DNA of 63,141 nt, filler included, from Reticulomyxa filosa (Eukaryota; Protista; Foraminifera), in assembly GCA_000512085.1 (NCBI GenBank). It is 20 parts of 20 records of this genome, joined end to end, with 100 filler letters (N's around TTAATTAATTAA, not from the genome) between each part and the next. Parts side by side here need not be neighbours in the genome. Positions count along the whole stretch, not along the records: positions 22,386 to 23,440 come from ASPP01050758.1; positions 23,541 to 25,150 come from ASPP01017986.1; positions 25,251 to 27,570 come from ASPP01025293.1; positions 27,671 to 29,777 come from ASPP01006523.1; positions 29,878 to 40,618 come from ASPP01020176.1; 15 more parts are not named here. One strand, given 5' to 3'. The notes below the pieces were generated by a model. The model was not told where the DNA came from. It ran no database searches and saw nothing but the letters and a program-made list of their open reading frames with translations. Of this stretch, positions 23,184-35,443 are shown one piece after another; positions within the stretch are counted from its first letter, which is position 1, and each line of letters opens with the position of its first letter. The translations under genes were made by a program, and so were the position numbers.

Positions 23184-23668
23184 ACACTGCAATCCTTTTT
23201 GCATGTTTGTATGTGTGTGTGTGTGTGTGTGGCTTTTTGTAATGGTCAGTTTTTTTGGTTTAATCTTGCAACATAATCCATTCCTTTTCTTTCTCAAATT
23301 TTTACTAGCTTTCACTGCTCACACGCTACACAAGCCAAATCATTTCTGTTCAAGGTTTGTCTTCCACTCTCATTTTTGTTTTGTGAATAGTTTCGTGTAG
23401 TAAAAATCAAAAAATTTTTTTTTTTTTTTTTTTTTTTTTTNNNNNNNNNNNNNNNNNNNNNNNNNNNNNNNNNNNNNNNNNNNNTTAATTAATTAANNNN
23501 NNNNNNNNNNNNNNNNNNNNNNNNNNNNNNNNNNNNNNNNGGTCCCTTTGGGACCACGCTCAGACCCCAAAGTGCAAACAAAAGCAAGTTGAAAAGCACC
23601 TGGTCCAAAATAGGAATGGCACTAAATAAAACAAAAGAAAAGTACAAACAACCAATTTGGGCGTTTTT

Positions 23669-23986
23669 TCAATAATTTAAAAAGAAATGTTTGTACAAAA
23701 TCTTAATTAAATAATTCTTCCAGTTGCATCTGCCAGAATGTCCTTTGATCCAATAAATCTCAGGAACTCCATTATCTCCAAGTTCTTGTATTTGATATCC
23801 ACAATCTTCCAATGTTTCTTTAATATCGTTATCGCTTTTGTGGATTGATACACCACGATGTTCAGGATTTGTCACTACTTCTCTTTTGTTCAGCGAAAGT
23901 CTTGCGATTGGTTTTGCCCGAGGTTCGGTACACTTAAAGCACCTCTCACAGTCACACCGCACGCAAGATGCAGAAACCGATGACAA
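23669..23986 (-). mobile_element. Possible LINE ORF1 (gag-like) fragment
   Basis: RGVSIHKSDNDIKETLEDCGYQI resembles the ORF1 pre-zinc-knuckle RRM-like segment. It has CxxC motifs and abuts LINE ORF2 debris. Confidence 0.35.
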
Positions 23987-24025
23987 CAGCCCCGAAAATG
24001 AATTGCAACAAAAACGTTACCAAAT

Positions 24026-24840
24026 GTGAAAAAGATTAAAAACCACACAATACTAACAATATCACAAAAATCCAACATCAATATTGATGATATGGGCGAA
24101 TCAGTGACGGATTCTATCATAACAACAATTTATAATAATGAATTCCAGTCCACCTATGGGGCTCAATTATCTATTGATATTACTTTGTGCTCTGAATCAA
24201 TTTTAAGATGGTGCAATAATTGGAGGACAGACAATGATGAATTGAATTTGCATTCAGATCATCTTCCAGTCACATTCAATATCAAAGCACATTGGTCATT
24301 TCCAGAAATCAAGAAACAAAAGATTGAGTTTAAGAGATTTATATCGACAAAGCAAGTTCATAGATTGAAAAAGTATAGAAAAAGCAAACTACAAGAGATG
24401 CAGCAGTGCAATTAAAGAAAATTGAGACAGTAGAAACAAAAATATTTGATCAAGAGTATCGAATCATTGAAGGAAGAAAATACAATACAGTTATTTTCTC
24501 AATTCAAATCAATGAATTCGAACAAAGTTTCAATAATTCCTGTATTGGTGGAATCAATAACTGGAAAGATTGCAAAGACAGACCTAGAAAAAGCTGAAAT
24601 GTTTGTATCGTGGTTTTCAACCTCCAAGTTATTCTGAAGAAGATGAAATTACATCGGTTTGATAATAATGGAGTATCATATGCAGTGCTATTGGATATCT
24701 CTTCGAGAAAAGAATTTGGATTGAAAGGTAGAATGTATTGGCCAATGAAAGAAAATTTGAAGTCGGTGTGCCATAAGGATCATTGTCTCCATTGTTATTC
24801 CTATTGTATATCAACGATATTTCAAGATCCAATTCAATGT
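24026..24840 (+). mobile_element. Degenerate non-LTR retrotransposon (LINE) ORF2: APE endonuclease and reverse transcriptase remnants
   Basis: APE end SIDITLCS....W......SDHLPVTF; spacer IPVL...GKIAKTDLEKAEMFVSWFS; RT YAVLLDIS and GVP*GSLSPLLFLLYINDI (TAA at 24774-24776). Many deletions and frameshifts. Confidence 0.85.
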
Positions 24841-24915
24841 GATCCCTTACCTAGATCCCTTCAAAAAAACAACTTTTGCAGTAAGTTAAAAATGATTATG
24901 AACTCGCTTTCGTAA

Positions 24916-25110
24916 TCGCCACTCCACCATGGCTTGTTGCCTTTCCAAATTGTCTTGATAACAACATCCAATTTTCAATATTCCTTTTCCCATTTATTAA
25001 TTCTCAGATTCCAAGTCTCAATTTTTGTCATTCAATTCGTGGTGATGACCATGTGGTTTGATATTGAATAGAATAGACGATATCGCATTATCTTTCATGA
25101 ATGTATTGAT
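24916..25110 (-). mobile_element. Second, inverted LINE ORF2 fragment
   Basis: The minus strand gives FNIK../TWSSPRIE*QK/IETWNLRINKWE and KTIWKGNKPWWS. This is homologous to the plus-strand FNIKAHWSFPEIKKQKIE at ~24274-24330. Confidence 0.6.
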
Positions 25111-25573
25111 AATGATCGATTTCCAATTGATTGCAATAAGGATTGTAATTNNNNNNNNNNNNNNNNNNNNNNNNNNNNNNNNNNNNNNNNNNNNTTAATT
25201 AATTAANNNNNNNNNNNNNNNNNNNNNNNNNNNNNNNNNNNNNNNNNNNNTTTTGATCAACAAATTTTATCCAAAATTGTTTTTATTTACACATTTTATC
25301 AAGACAACTTGTTACTCTTTTTTTTGTCAAACAGGAAAAAAAAAGTTCTAAACGAAAAAAAGGTTTCTTTTTAATGAAATATCTAAAATTCTAAACAGTT
25401 GAACAAGATCTTTCTAATGAAAACTAGTCTCGCGTTATTGCTCCTTACCAAAAAGACGTATTTGGAGATGAAACAAAGAAAGCCGAAACACAATACGGTG
25501 CAAAAAGTAACACCAAATTCACAGGCAACAAAAAGAAGATAACATTCCTATTGTTTATATTTTATCTGGCTAG

Positions 25574-25770
25574 TGAATTTTGACAATGAAAAACGATTGC
25601 AAAGAGTTGTACTAAATGATTTGGAAAATATTCCAGTGGGGATGTTAATGTTGTATCACCCTTGCTATGTTGGCCATTGGGCAAGAGTAGCACATTCCTT
25701 TGCTACATCTACGAGTTTAAGTCCTGGTGCACTATCGCATATTTAATGGCCGTTTTCGTACATAATTAAC
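25574..25770 (+). pseudogene. MAPEG (microsomal GST/PGES-like) pseudogene
   Basis: EKRLQRVVLNDLENIPVGMLM, then after a deletion and frameshifts ARVAHSF/CYIYEFKSW..AYLMAV. This matches the MAPEG motifs R..R...NDLENI and AR..H...Y. Confidence 0.6.
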
Positions 25771-27570
25771 ATGTTGGTCCATGAGCACGGAGGTGCAACG
25801 AATAGCAGTGGCAATGGATTGAGAGCGCACTCACTACTTGGTGTTTGCAGTGAATGTTCCAAGGGCGTTCCAGTCAAACAAAAGAAATCGAACAATGTCT
25901 TCGATTTATATTATACATACAAGTAGCACTGTTTCTGCTCAGCCAACGTGCATTTTTTTTGTCACGCCATATACTTTTATGCATGTATATGCTATTTGTC
26001 GTTGTTTTTTTTTTTCTCCTAAAAAAAACATCCCAATGTACATATATGTATATATCATCGTGCAATATAAATAAAATAAATACATTAGAATTCTCTTTCA
26101 ATGGAGTAAACATATTGTGAACTGTCTGGGAAAAATGATGAATTAATGAAGATGGTGGTTCTGCTAACAATATCAAGTAGCAAACGTGGAGAAAAGAAGG
26201 ACATAAAGATTAACGAACCAAAACAAAGTTATTCGAGTAATTACGGGAATTTTAACAATATCAATTTATATAATAATTTACAACGCAAATTAAAATATGA
26301 ATAACAATAAAAATAAAGATAATAATAATACATGATCCACAAATTCATGCGCTGCGAATGACAAATTGCAAAACAGTGACACAAAAGGATAAAAAATGTT
26401 TGGAATGTGCAAGCGGAAAATACACATACAAAGTGTGTTTATTTGACAAAATGACTCAAAATGAGAACTGGCATTGTTTGGACTTTGGGCATATTTGAAA
26501 AGTGAGACATATGTATGGATTTGAATCAAGAGACACTTTGGTTAAAGTATACAGATGGGTATTATTGCGGAGTTGGTTTGCTACGTTCTGCCAACATATT
26601 GTTTACATGTAGCAATAATGTTGCACAAACACAGAAAGTGTAAAATGTAATGGAACCTTACACTTGTCAAAATACCATTGATTTAATCGTTCCAACCCAT
26701 GTTCCGTAATGGGAAAATCAGCCCAGATCAAATGTGTAGTTTGCTGCTTTTCTTTTGTCTCATTCGTTGCTAAGCTACAAACTCGTTTGAATCGCAGGGA
26801 TTGACCGCCTTCCAGAGCGTGTCTTCTCTTACATGTTTGCCTTTTGGAGTGAATTAACCTTTTTTTTTGTAATTGGCCAACGAAATGTGAGATTAAAAAA
26901 GCTATTTTTTCTGAAATGTAGAATTAATTCATTTCTCTTTAAAGAATTTCAAGTAGCCTTGCATAATGATGACCGAATTCATAAAAAAATATCCGAAAAA
27001 ATTCTTTCTTAGAGATACAGTATTTGACAACAAGTTTTTCATTTTAACGCTTGAAAATTTGGAAAATATTGAAATAGTAGAATTTTAAAAATATCAATCA
27101 ATGGAAAAAGGTAATAAAATGTTAAAGCAAAAGGAGAGCCCAAACCAAGTTTTTTTTACAAAAGTTAATCATAACTTGCCAGTGAATAAAAATACCTCGT
27201 TGATTCGAACGAGTATCTTTATTCTCCAACTTACAGTTTGTGATTGTGCAGGCAACCAACTTGAGATGCTGTTCAAACGAACGGTCTCGTGTACTGACAG
27301 TTCGTCGAGCAACATATAACCAGAGCAATATTTTCACTCAAATTGCATAACATTTCTTTGAGTTCTTTCTGTCAACGTTCTTTTTCACTCTTGGCAATAT
27401 CTTGCTTTTTAATACTTGCTGGTACGTAAGCTCTTGCTTTTTGCAAGCAATCAACAAATGTGCATGTCAATGGCGCTCTAAACAATCAGAACCTTTGAAT
27501 ATTTGAGCCAATGTCTTTACGTCTGCGTTTTCAACGAGTTATTTGAGTTGGCCTGTCCACCAGGCAATGC
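25770..27570 (-). pseudogene. Fragmented hypothetical multi-exon gene(s)
   Basis: Coding-like blocks such as RHALEGGQSLRFKRVCSLATNETKEKQQTTHLIWADFPITEHGLERLNQWYFDK and IAWWTGQLK*LVENADVKTLAQIF, with internal stops. Confidence 0.25.
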
Positions 27571-27670
27571 NNNNNNNNNNNNNNNNNNNNNNNNNNNNNN
27601 NNNNNNNNNNNNNNTTAATTAATTAANNNNNNNNNNNNNNNNNNNNNNNNNNNNNNNNNNNNNNNNNNNN

Positions 27671-29777
27671 AAAAAAAAAAAAAACAAACCTAATGCTAAG
27701 GTGGGAACACAGTGTAATTGCCGTTGTGTACGTAAGCGTTCTTGCACTCCTTGCGTCATCAGCACCCGAAATTTTTCGGATCGAAGGGAAGGCTCTTCAA
27801 CAACGGAGTGTCTTGTCAACATGGCCCATAAAACACATCCCAAACTCCAAACTTCGGCAGCTTGAGCATCGTAAAATTGGTAGGTGACCGAATCCACATT
27901 GTTGCAACTCGTTGGCGAAATTGGTACAGTAATATTTTCTTTCACACTTGGAGTGCTACTCGCCACGCTCATCGTTTCTTCGTGCGCAGTCGTTTGTTTT
28001 TCTTCTTTGTTTTTCTCCTCGTTTTTGTTGTTCTCGCTATTTGGAGTCACTCCTTTTTCTTTTTCTTTTTCCTTTTCCTTTTGTTTTAATTTTTCTTTCT
28101 TATGTTCTTCTTTTTGCGCTTTTCGATTCCATCGCTTGAAAAGGGGTTGAAGGTCTTCAAACAGCAATTTTTTTTCTTCGATGCTGAGTGCAGCAGCAAG
28201 ACCAGAGTTGGCAGCGACGACCCCTCCGTTTCGAAAAAGAGCATTTGAAGTGGAGCCACTCAAGTTATTGGGCGTAGCGCTGCCGGTGACAATGACTTGG
28301 TCTTTCGTCGAGTGATTGGACGATATAACCGGAGGAGTGAATACAGCGCGAGCAGATAACGAATTGGAGACAACGTTTCCGTCGCAATCTTTTTTCCGAC
28401 TCTTTTTTTTCAGTTTGCTTTCTTGCGACGTCACATCGTCACAGTGTTTGGCGAAAGCAACACTTTGATCTTCTCTGAGCAAATAGCATCGGTACGATTC
28501 AGGCGACATGTATTGTTTGCGTCCCATCATCCGATGATAGCGAAAGTCAAACATGGAGTCTGTGGTATCGAGAGTCGAGTTCGATGACGGTGATACTTTG
28601 CGTGCAAGAGGAAAGCGCTCAGTCCTTCCAAAGTCGCACAACTTAATGGTAAGTTGTTGTTGAAGTGAGTTATCAATGTTCTCAATCTTGCTGATTTCAT
28701 CTCTTCGATCCATTTGTGAATAAGCAAAATCGAGACTACCATTGCGAGCGATATCGCTACCCTGAAAAGCCAGTCCAATCTCTGCAGTATCCTTATCTTG
28801 GGTTGCAATCAATACATTTTGCAAGGCAATATCCAAGTGCAAATAACCCCGTTTGTGCAAAGTAGACACGGTGTGAGCCAGCTCCGCAAACAGCTTTCTC
28901 ACCACTCGCATGTATGAGTTCTCTTCTCCACTCCAACCCATTACCGAGTTATTTTGCAGCTGCTTATGCCGCTGGCGGAGCTTCAAGTATTTTTGGTAGC
29001 AATCGAATATCTCCATGTCGCTCATAAAGTGGAAGTTCACTGTCGCCGGATACGAACACACCATCTCCATTCCATTCTTTCCTAGCATTGTCTGTGGCGA
29101 ACAAGCGCCCGTTTCCAACGTCGTCGTCGTTGTCGCTATTGTCGCTGTTGTCGTTGTTGTCGCTGTTGTCGCTGTTGTCGTTATCGTCGAAGAGGAGGGC
29201 AATGACAATGCAGAGGAACAAGAGGACGAAGCTGAAGACGAAGGCAAAGCCGACGATGATGATGACGATGACGATGACGATGACGATGACAATAATAAGG
29301 GTGGTGATGACAACAACAAAGGTGGCGGTGATGACAATATCGCCCTGGTCGAGGCAGCCACTTCACTTGACATTGTCATCAATCCTGACGACTGTTGTAC
29401 TGGGGACATATGGCTTGGCAAACCATAACCATTCGCGGCCACCATCACGGGGACTGTTTTTGAGATCGCCAAGGATCTCTTCAACACTGATTGGATCCGC
29501 TGCTGCTGCGACGTCATCTCCGCTTCGAAGCTTCGCAGAAACTGTGTCTCGTTGTTGTGCTTCTCATAGCACGCTTGATGAAACTTGGATATAAACTTGG
29601 CCAACGACCCGTCCGGGCAATACTCCAGTATCATGCAATAATAGTCTTTCGCGTCGCTGCAATGCTCATAAAACTGCAAAAATCCTTTACATTTTTCGCA
29701 AACAACAAACCGTCACATGTATCTGTACTTGTGCTTTTTTTTCTGTTGGAACCGAAAGGGTTTGAATTCCGGGTTTT
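27671..29777 (-). CDS. Ser/Thr protein kinase with very large low-complexity inserts; partial at both ends
   Basis: MILEYCPDGSL (V), LHKRGYLHLDIALQNVLI (VIb), IKLCDFG (VII), GRKQYMSPE (VIII), AEVWSLGCVLWAMLT (IX). Confidence 0.9.
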
Positions 29778-29877
29778 NNNNNNNNNNNNNNNNNNNNNNN
29801 NNNNNNNNNNNNNNNNNNNNNTTAATTAATTAANNNNNNNNNNNNNNNNNNNNNNNNNNNNNNNNNNNNNNNNNNNN

Positions 29878-29918
<41 letters not shown>

Positions 29919-30029
29919 GAACTGTTTGTACGTGTAATGTGTAATGTTGTGTTTCTTCTGTTAGCTCAGTTATGAAGTGATGTTTGTGTGTGTAATCCAT
30001 ACGCGCACATTATCATATATATATACAAA

Positions 30030-32668
30030 GATTGGGCAAAACAGTTCAAGTGTGTGCACTATTCGCGTATTTGCTAGACACGGAACAAATAAAAGGACCG
30101 CACATAATCGTAGTGCCTCTTTCTACATTGAGCGGTTGGATTGAACATTTGCAAAAATGGATCCCTGCCTTTCAAGTGTATGTCCATCAAGGAACTCCCG
30201 AAGAAAGAGAGTTAACTTTTTAAAAAAAAAAAAAAAGGAAAGAGAGAAGAAAAAAAAATTGGAATGGGGGCGGGAACGGGAACATGGGAGCTCAGAAGTG
30301 ATTTGAGAAAAATGTTTCGAGGGAAAAAAGAATTCAACATAATGCTGACGACTTATGATCGGGTAATGAAAGACATTGACGAATTCAATGACAAGTATAA
30401 ATTTTGCTATCTTGTCGTGGACGAAGCGCATCGCATAAAAAATCGCCGAAGCAAGTTGTTCGAGTCACTGGATCGCATCAGTGCCAAACGCAAATTGCTT
30501 CTAACGGGCACGCCTTTGCAAAACCACTTGGGCGAACTTTGGAGTTTGCTCAACTTTATCCTGCCTTCGCTCTTTAACAGCGCAAAGTCGTTTGAACACT
30601 GGTTTTGCTTTGGCGGACAAAAGGATGAATCTGTCGTTATCACCGACGAAGAGCGACTCATGATTGTCGATCGCTTGCATCGAGTTTCTTTCTTTGTCTT
30701 TGGTCTTGAAAATCAAATGTTTCAATATCATCAAATTTTATTTTTTTAAATAAAAAAAAAGGTGATTGATCCCTTTTTGTTGAGACGATTAAAACAAGAT
30801 GTTTTGCCCGACTTGGTGAAGAAAGAAGAAATTGTGATCAAATGTCCAATGTCAGGAATGCAAATTGCTATGTATCAATGTCTCAAACTTCACTCAAGCC
30901 TATTTTATCAAGGCACTGATAAGCCTGTTCGATTCAATAATGTGTTGATGCAATTGAGAAAATGTGCCAATCATCCCTATTCTTTTCAATACCAACCATG
31001 TTATTCACACATTTTTGTATTTGTATATTTATATGTATGTCCTATTAGTCCACAATTTGCATCTTTTTTTTTTTTTTTTTTTTGGGACTTTTATAGATGA
31101 GGTGACGGATGAAATGATAAGTTGTTCCGGCAAACTGGCGCTGTTGGAACAATTGATTCCAAAACTCAAACGCTTTGAACATCGCATGCTCATTTTCTTC
31201 CAAGTTGATGGCCATTCCACTTAAAATCAAACGTGCTTAGATTTTGATGTCGACTCAATACAGACAATGTGTTTGTGTTTGGTTTGATGCAAAATATGCA
31301 TAGTTTCGTACGAGCATGGACATTTGTAGTGAGTACTTGAATTATCGAAAAGAAAAGTATCTGCGCATCGACGGCGGGACATCGTCGGAGGACCGAGCGA
31401 AACACTTGAAGCAGTTCAGCCGATGGAATGAAATGAAAGAAGAAAAGAACTCATCCGACAATGTAAAGGATATCGACTTGACAGCAGAAGGGAAAGAATC
31501 AATCACTAAAGAGAAACCGGCAATGAACGACACTGATTCGTCATCCAACACAAATACAAATGCAGACACAAATACAAACGCAAATACGGACACGAATGCA
31601 AACACAAATGTAAATGAAAATAATGGAGATGCAAATGAAAATGCATGGATATTTTTGTTGTCGACACGTGCTTGCAGTCTGGGTCTGAATTTGTATGCGG
31701 CAGACACGGTGATATTATTTGACAGCGATTGGAATCCACAAGTGGATTTGCAAGCGCAAGCACGCGTCCACCGAATTGGACAAAAACGCGAAGTAAGGAC
31801 GTTTCGATTCATAAGTGAAAACACGGTAGAAGAGGTGATGTATCAGAGAGCACAGCAGAAATTGGACTTAGAAAGGAAGGCCATTGAATGCGGGAAGTTT
31901 GATTTTTCATTGTCCGCTGAGGAACGAAAAAGCATTTTGCAAACAGTCATGTCGCAGCGATTGGAACTGGATTTGCACAATGTGAAAGAAGTTGACAAAC
32001 ATCAAGTTTCGATTCTTTCCGGGTTTTTTTTTTTGTGATAATACATGTACCGACGAAAAAGATGCAATTTGTGGTTGGATTTTACTTTTTTTTTTCCAAT
32101 TCAAAAGTTGAACAGATTGATTGCACGCTCTTCGGATGAAGTGGAAGCATTTGATAAAATGGACCAAGAGTTTGAAAAGCAATGGATCAACATCAATCCC
32201 ACGGTAAAGTTGCCTCCGTGGCTACAAGAGATCAATGAAGCCACTTTACCAAAAAACATACTTCCAGCAAAGCGGAGGCGAGTACAAAAACAAGCAGTGA
32301 TCGAATTTTCGGATGATGAATCCTCTTTTGATACGGAATTGCAAAACTCGAATGGCGATGATATTGTGGATGTTGACAAGGAAAATATTCAAACTGATAG
32401 CAATGACAAGTGTGCTGAAGAAAAGAGTGTTGATATTTGCAATGGTACACCAAGTAGTTCTTTGACCGGAGGAAAAGCGACAAAAAGAAAAAGACCCGAT
32501 AACGCAAATAATGAACCAAAAGTTCATTTGGATACAGAGTATGAGGCCGACACAAATAACGATACAACACAAAATAGTCTTGTTCAAGACAAGGAAAAAG
32601 ACGACAAAGTTTCAACAGGTCAGGTTACTTCACAGCCACGAAAAAGAAGAAAACTTGTTGCGTTGTAA
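30030..32668 (+). CDS. SNF2: Snf2/Brahma-subfamily chromatin-remodelling ATPase, multi-exon, 5'-partial
   Basis: [82 protein letters not shown], and a SnAC-like [24 protein letters not shown]. Confidence 0.9.
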
Positions 32669-33025
32669 AATTGTCTTGGTGCAAGTTGTTTTTGTTTTTT
32701 TACTTTTATTTTGTTTTGCTATTTTGAATTGTTTATTTAAGTGATCAAAAAAAAGCGTCTGAAATAGCTTCTGCAATTTTCTTTTTTCGAGATTAGAATA
32801 ATGCTTATTTCAATATAAATCGGTTAAATATGAACATTTACAAAATTGCATGAATTTCTGGATGTTGAAACATTAGCATTTATCAAGTTTGCCATCTCAT
32901 CAAAAATCGACACAATCCTTAGAATTGTTTACAAAAAAAGAAATAAACCCAACACGGCAGGAACTAACGCAGCTTTTCGAAAATTCTTCAAGACAATATC
33001 AAGACAAAAAAAAAATAGTGGCATT

Positions 33026-34326
33026 TTACTCAGGACTTCTTGGTTGTGATACAGTTGTGTCTTTGGCAGGTTGTTTTTTTGCTTTCTGTTGGGCTTTTTC
33101 CAAAATTTCAGCGTCATTTCTTTGTCTATACATTTTCTTTTTGATTTTTTTTAAAATCTTGACCATTCTTTTCCGATTGGCCAGTTTTTGTTGTTTTTGT
33201 TCATCAGTTTCGTTTTCTAACTCCTTTTGCTTTTGGATTTCAGTTTGTTTGAGTTGGGCAATTCTTTTCTTTATCATGGCCCGCTCCATATGTCCTGGTG
33301 CAAGTTGTTTATATTTATTTCTCTGGATATCACTCATATGCCAATCACTTTCAGCAAACATAACTCCAACAAAATAAAATGTTTGCAATGCCGTCATCTC
33401 ACGACAGTGAGCTGCCAGACTTTTGCTCATATTTTTCAAACATACATATCTCCATGCTCCGTGATCACAATGGCTGTAATAGTTGAACCACTGTTCCATG
33501 AATTCAAAGTTACTGTTCATCACATAAACATAGGCATATACTTGATCTTTTGAAGTGTTATGTCAATCATATATCGGAAAGCAAAACAAAATAAACAATA
33601 AATGCACAAATCACAAACGTAAATAATTCCGTGCGTTGCAATAGCATTTGAAGAAATGCATTTTCTGGATAATTTTTGTTTTGTTTATTGTTATTATTTT
33701 ATAACTTATAAAAAAAAAAAGACAAGCAGAAAATTAACGTTCGCGCCAATGCTTTTCGAGGGCTTCTCCCCACTTAAATTTTTCCAAATCAAACAAAAAA
33801 AAAGCTTTTCAAACAACTCTTGGCAATTCAATCCATGTTCGAGACATCTCTGAACTAGTTCCAATACGTATATCCTTTTCAAAAAGTTACAAAAAAAAAA
33901 GTAAGCAATGGATGAATAGAAAACTAATAACTTTTGTTGTTCCTCTTTCTCTTTGCTTTCAAGGCAGATAAAACGCAAAACTTTTTTTCACCTGACATGA
34001 TGGATTTGCGAGGGCAGTCGTGGTGCTGGCATACAAACTACAATCAGGTCTGCCTTTGCAAATTGGTCAATGTGCTTTAATAAATTCTCAAAAAACATTA
34101 TTTTGGATAAATGAATTTGAAAGTTAGCTACTCTACTGTCATTATTTATATTCGCCAGATTTCTTTCAAACGCAATTTTAATCAAGTGTCCGTACTCTTC
34201 TTTTGTTTGGCGAATCTCTTTTTGCATGTGCAAAAAGCTGCTGCTGAAATCATGGGCATGTCGTGGATTATCAGTCACTACCGCAAGTTGTAGTTTACGC
34301 ACAAATTTTTGGGTTGCAACGGACAT
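33026..34326 (-). CDS. Hypothetical protein, about 3 exons, Lys-rich coiled-coil C-terminus
   Basis: Same-strand open blocks 33988-34326, ~33735-33875 and 33026-33545 are separated by GT-AG-like AT-rich gaps. No family recognised. Confidence 0.5.
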
Positions 34327-34582
34327 GATAAGAGTTTTTTTTCCCCGGTTGCACTTTAAACTCGTAAAAGTATTTAGCTTGTGGTACTTGTTTTTTTAGC
34401 ATTTCAAAATCGATCAACACATGGATTATGACAAAAAATTTTGATGAAAGGGTGACAAATAAGTATTGTTCAAGAAAGACAGGAGCATAATGAAACGTTA
34501 AAAAACACTAACAATTTAGAAATCCGAACCGGGTGAGAAAGTTTAGAAAACCTTGAAAAGAAAACTAATATAATCCATCATA

Positions 34583-35443
34583 ATGTCAACCATTGCGAGT
34601 AGACCGCCTGAAGCTACCAATAAAACTAATGCGCTGATAATAACAATAAGGAGCTACTACTGCCCGACCTACGCTCTGAGACTAAAATTGCACAAAGCAA
34701 CAACAGTGATGGAGCTGAAAAGACATATACACAAGAGGTACCAAGGCAGACCAGATCCAGTAAATCAACTGATAATGTTTGACGGTATGATTTTGACGGA
34801 CGATATGACGTGGGAGTGGACAACAGCAGAGCGATGCGAGGTATATCTGTTATTACGAAACGACAATGAGAATTGGGCCAAAAAAGAATTGAAAAGATTG
34901 GGCCAAGTGCATAGGCCAAATCGAATGAATATAAATGTAGGGAGGAATAGAGAAGCATTTGATCTTACAGGCAACACGACAGTGGAGCCGATACTTCGAC
35001 CGCGTGTTGCTCGTCCAGTGACACATCGTAGACTGCAGACAGATGAAGACATACTCGACAGGGAATGGCAATTGGTGCAACTATGGAATTGGGGGGCTTT
35101 GTTTCGCGTTCTTATGTTCTTTATGCTATTCCAGCAGCAGTTATATCATGTATCTCCCATCCTACTTTTGGCAATCACAATAGTAGCTTACTTTTATCAA
35201 GTGGGGCTCATTTCTATGCTTATTCGCTGGGGCAAACGTTTGAAAAATGTAAATCAAAATACATCTGCCTCGAATTCAGAGAGGTATGAACGCCATATTG
35301 ATAACGATGGAAACGAAGTCGTTGTCGTACGAAAACTTCACTTCTATCAGCTGGTATGGAGAGCGTATGTCGGTATTATTGCTTCGCTTTGGCCAGAGTG
35401 GCATTGGTCTTTCTGGTATTCCACCCCTCCTTTGCCTACTTAA
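34583..35443 (+). CDS. HERP/HERPUD-like ERAD protein (N-terminal UBL, C-terminal TM hairpin)
   Basis: UBL TVMELKRHIHKRYQGRPDPVNQLIMFDGMILTDD; TM segments with YFYQVG; C-terminal IIASLWPEW resembles the HERP FASLxP motif. Confidence 0.7.
   Translation: MSTIASRPPEATNKTNALIITIRSYYCPTYALRLKLHKATTVMELKRHIHKRYQGRPDPVNQLIMFDGMILTDDMTWEWTTAERCEVYLLLRNDNENWAKKELKRLGQVHRPNRMNINVGRNREAFDLTGNTTVEPILRPRVARPVTHRRLQTDEDILDREWQLVQLWNWGALFRVLMFFMLFQQQLYHVSPILLLAITIVAYFYQVGLISMLIRWGKRLKNVNQNTSASNSERYERHIDNDGNEVVVVRKLHFYQLVWRAYVGIIASLWPEWHWSFWYSTPPLPT

Noticed and set aside
24765-24790. TAA read as Gln (ciliate-type code), suggested by GVP*GS and other in-frame TAAs
   Set aside because: Intact genes (GGC1-like, WD40s, SNF2, HERP-like) end at TAA/TAG exactly where expected. 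These stops lie in sequences that also have deletions.
29015-29594. Plus-strand ORFs with poly-D/V or MT repeats
   Set aside because: They are antisense shadows of the poly-Ser/Thr insert in the kinase.
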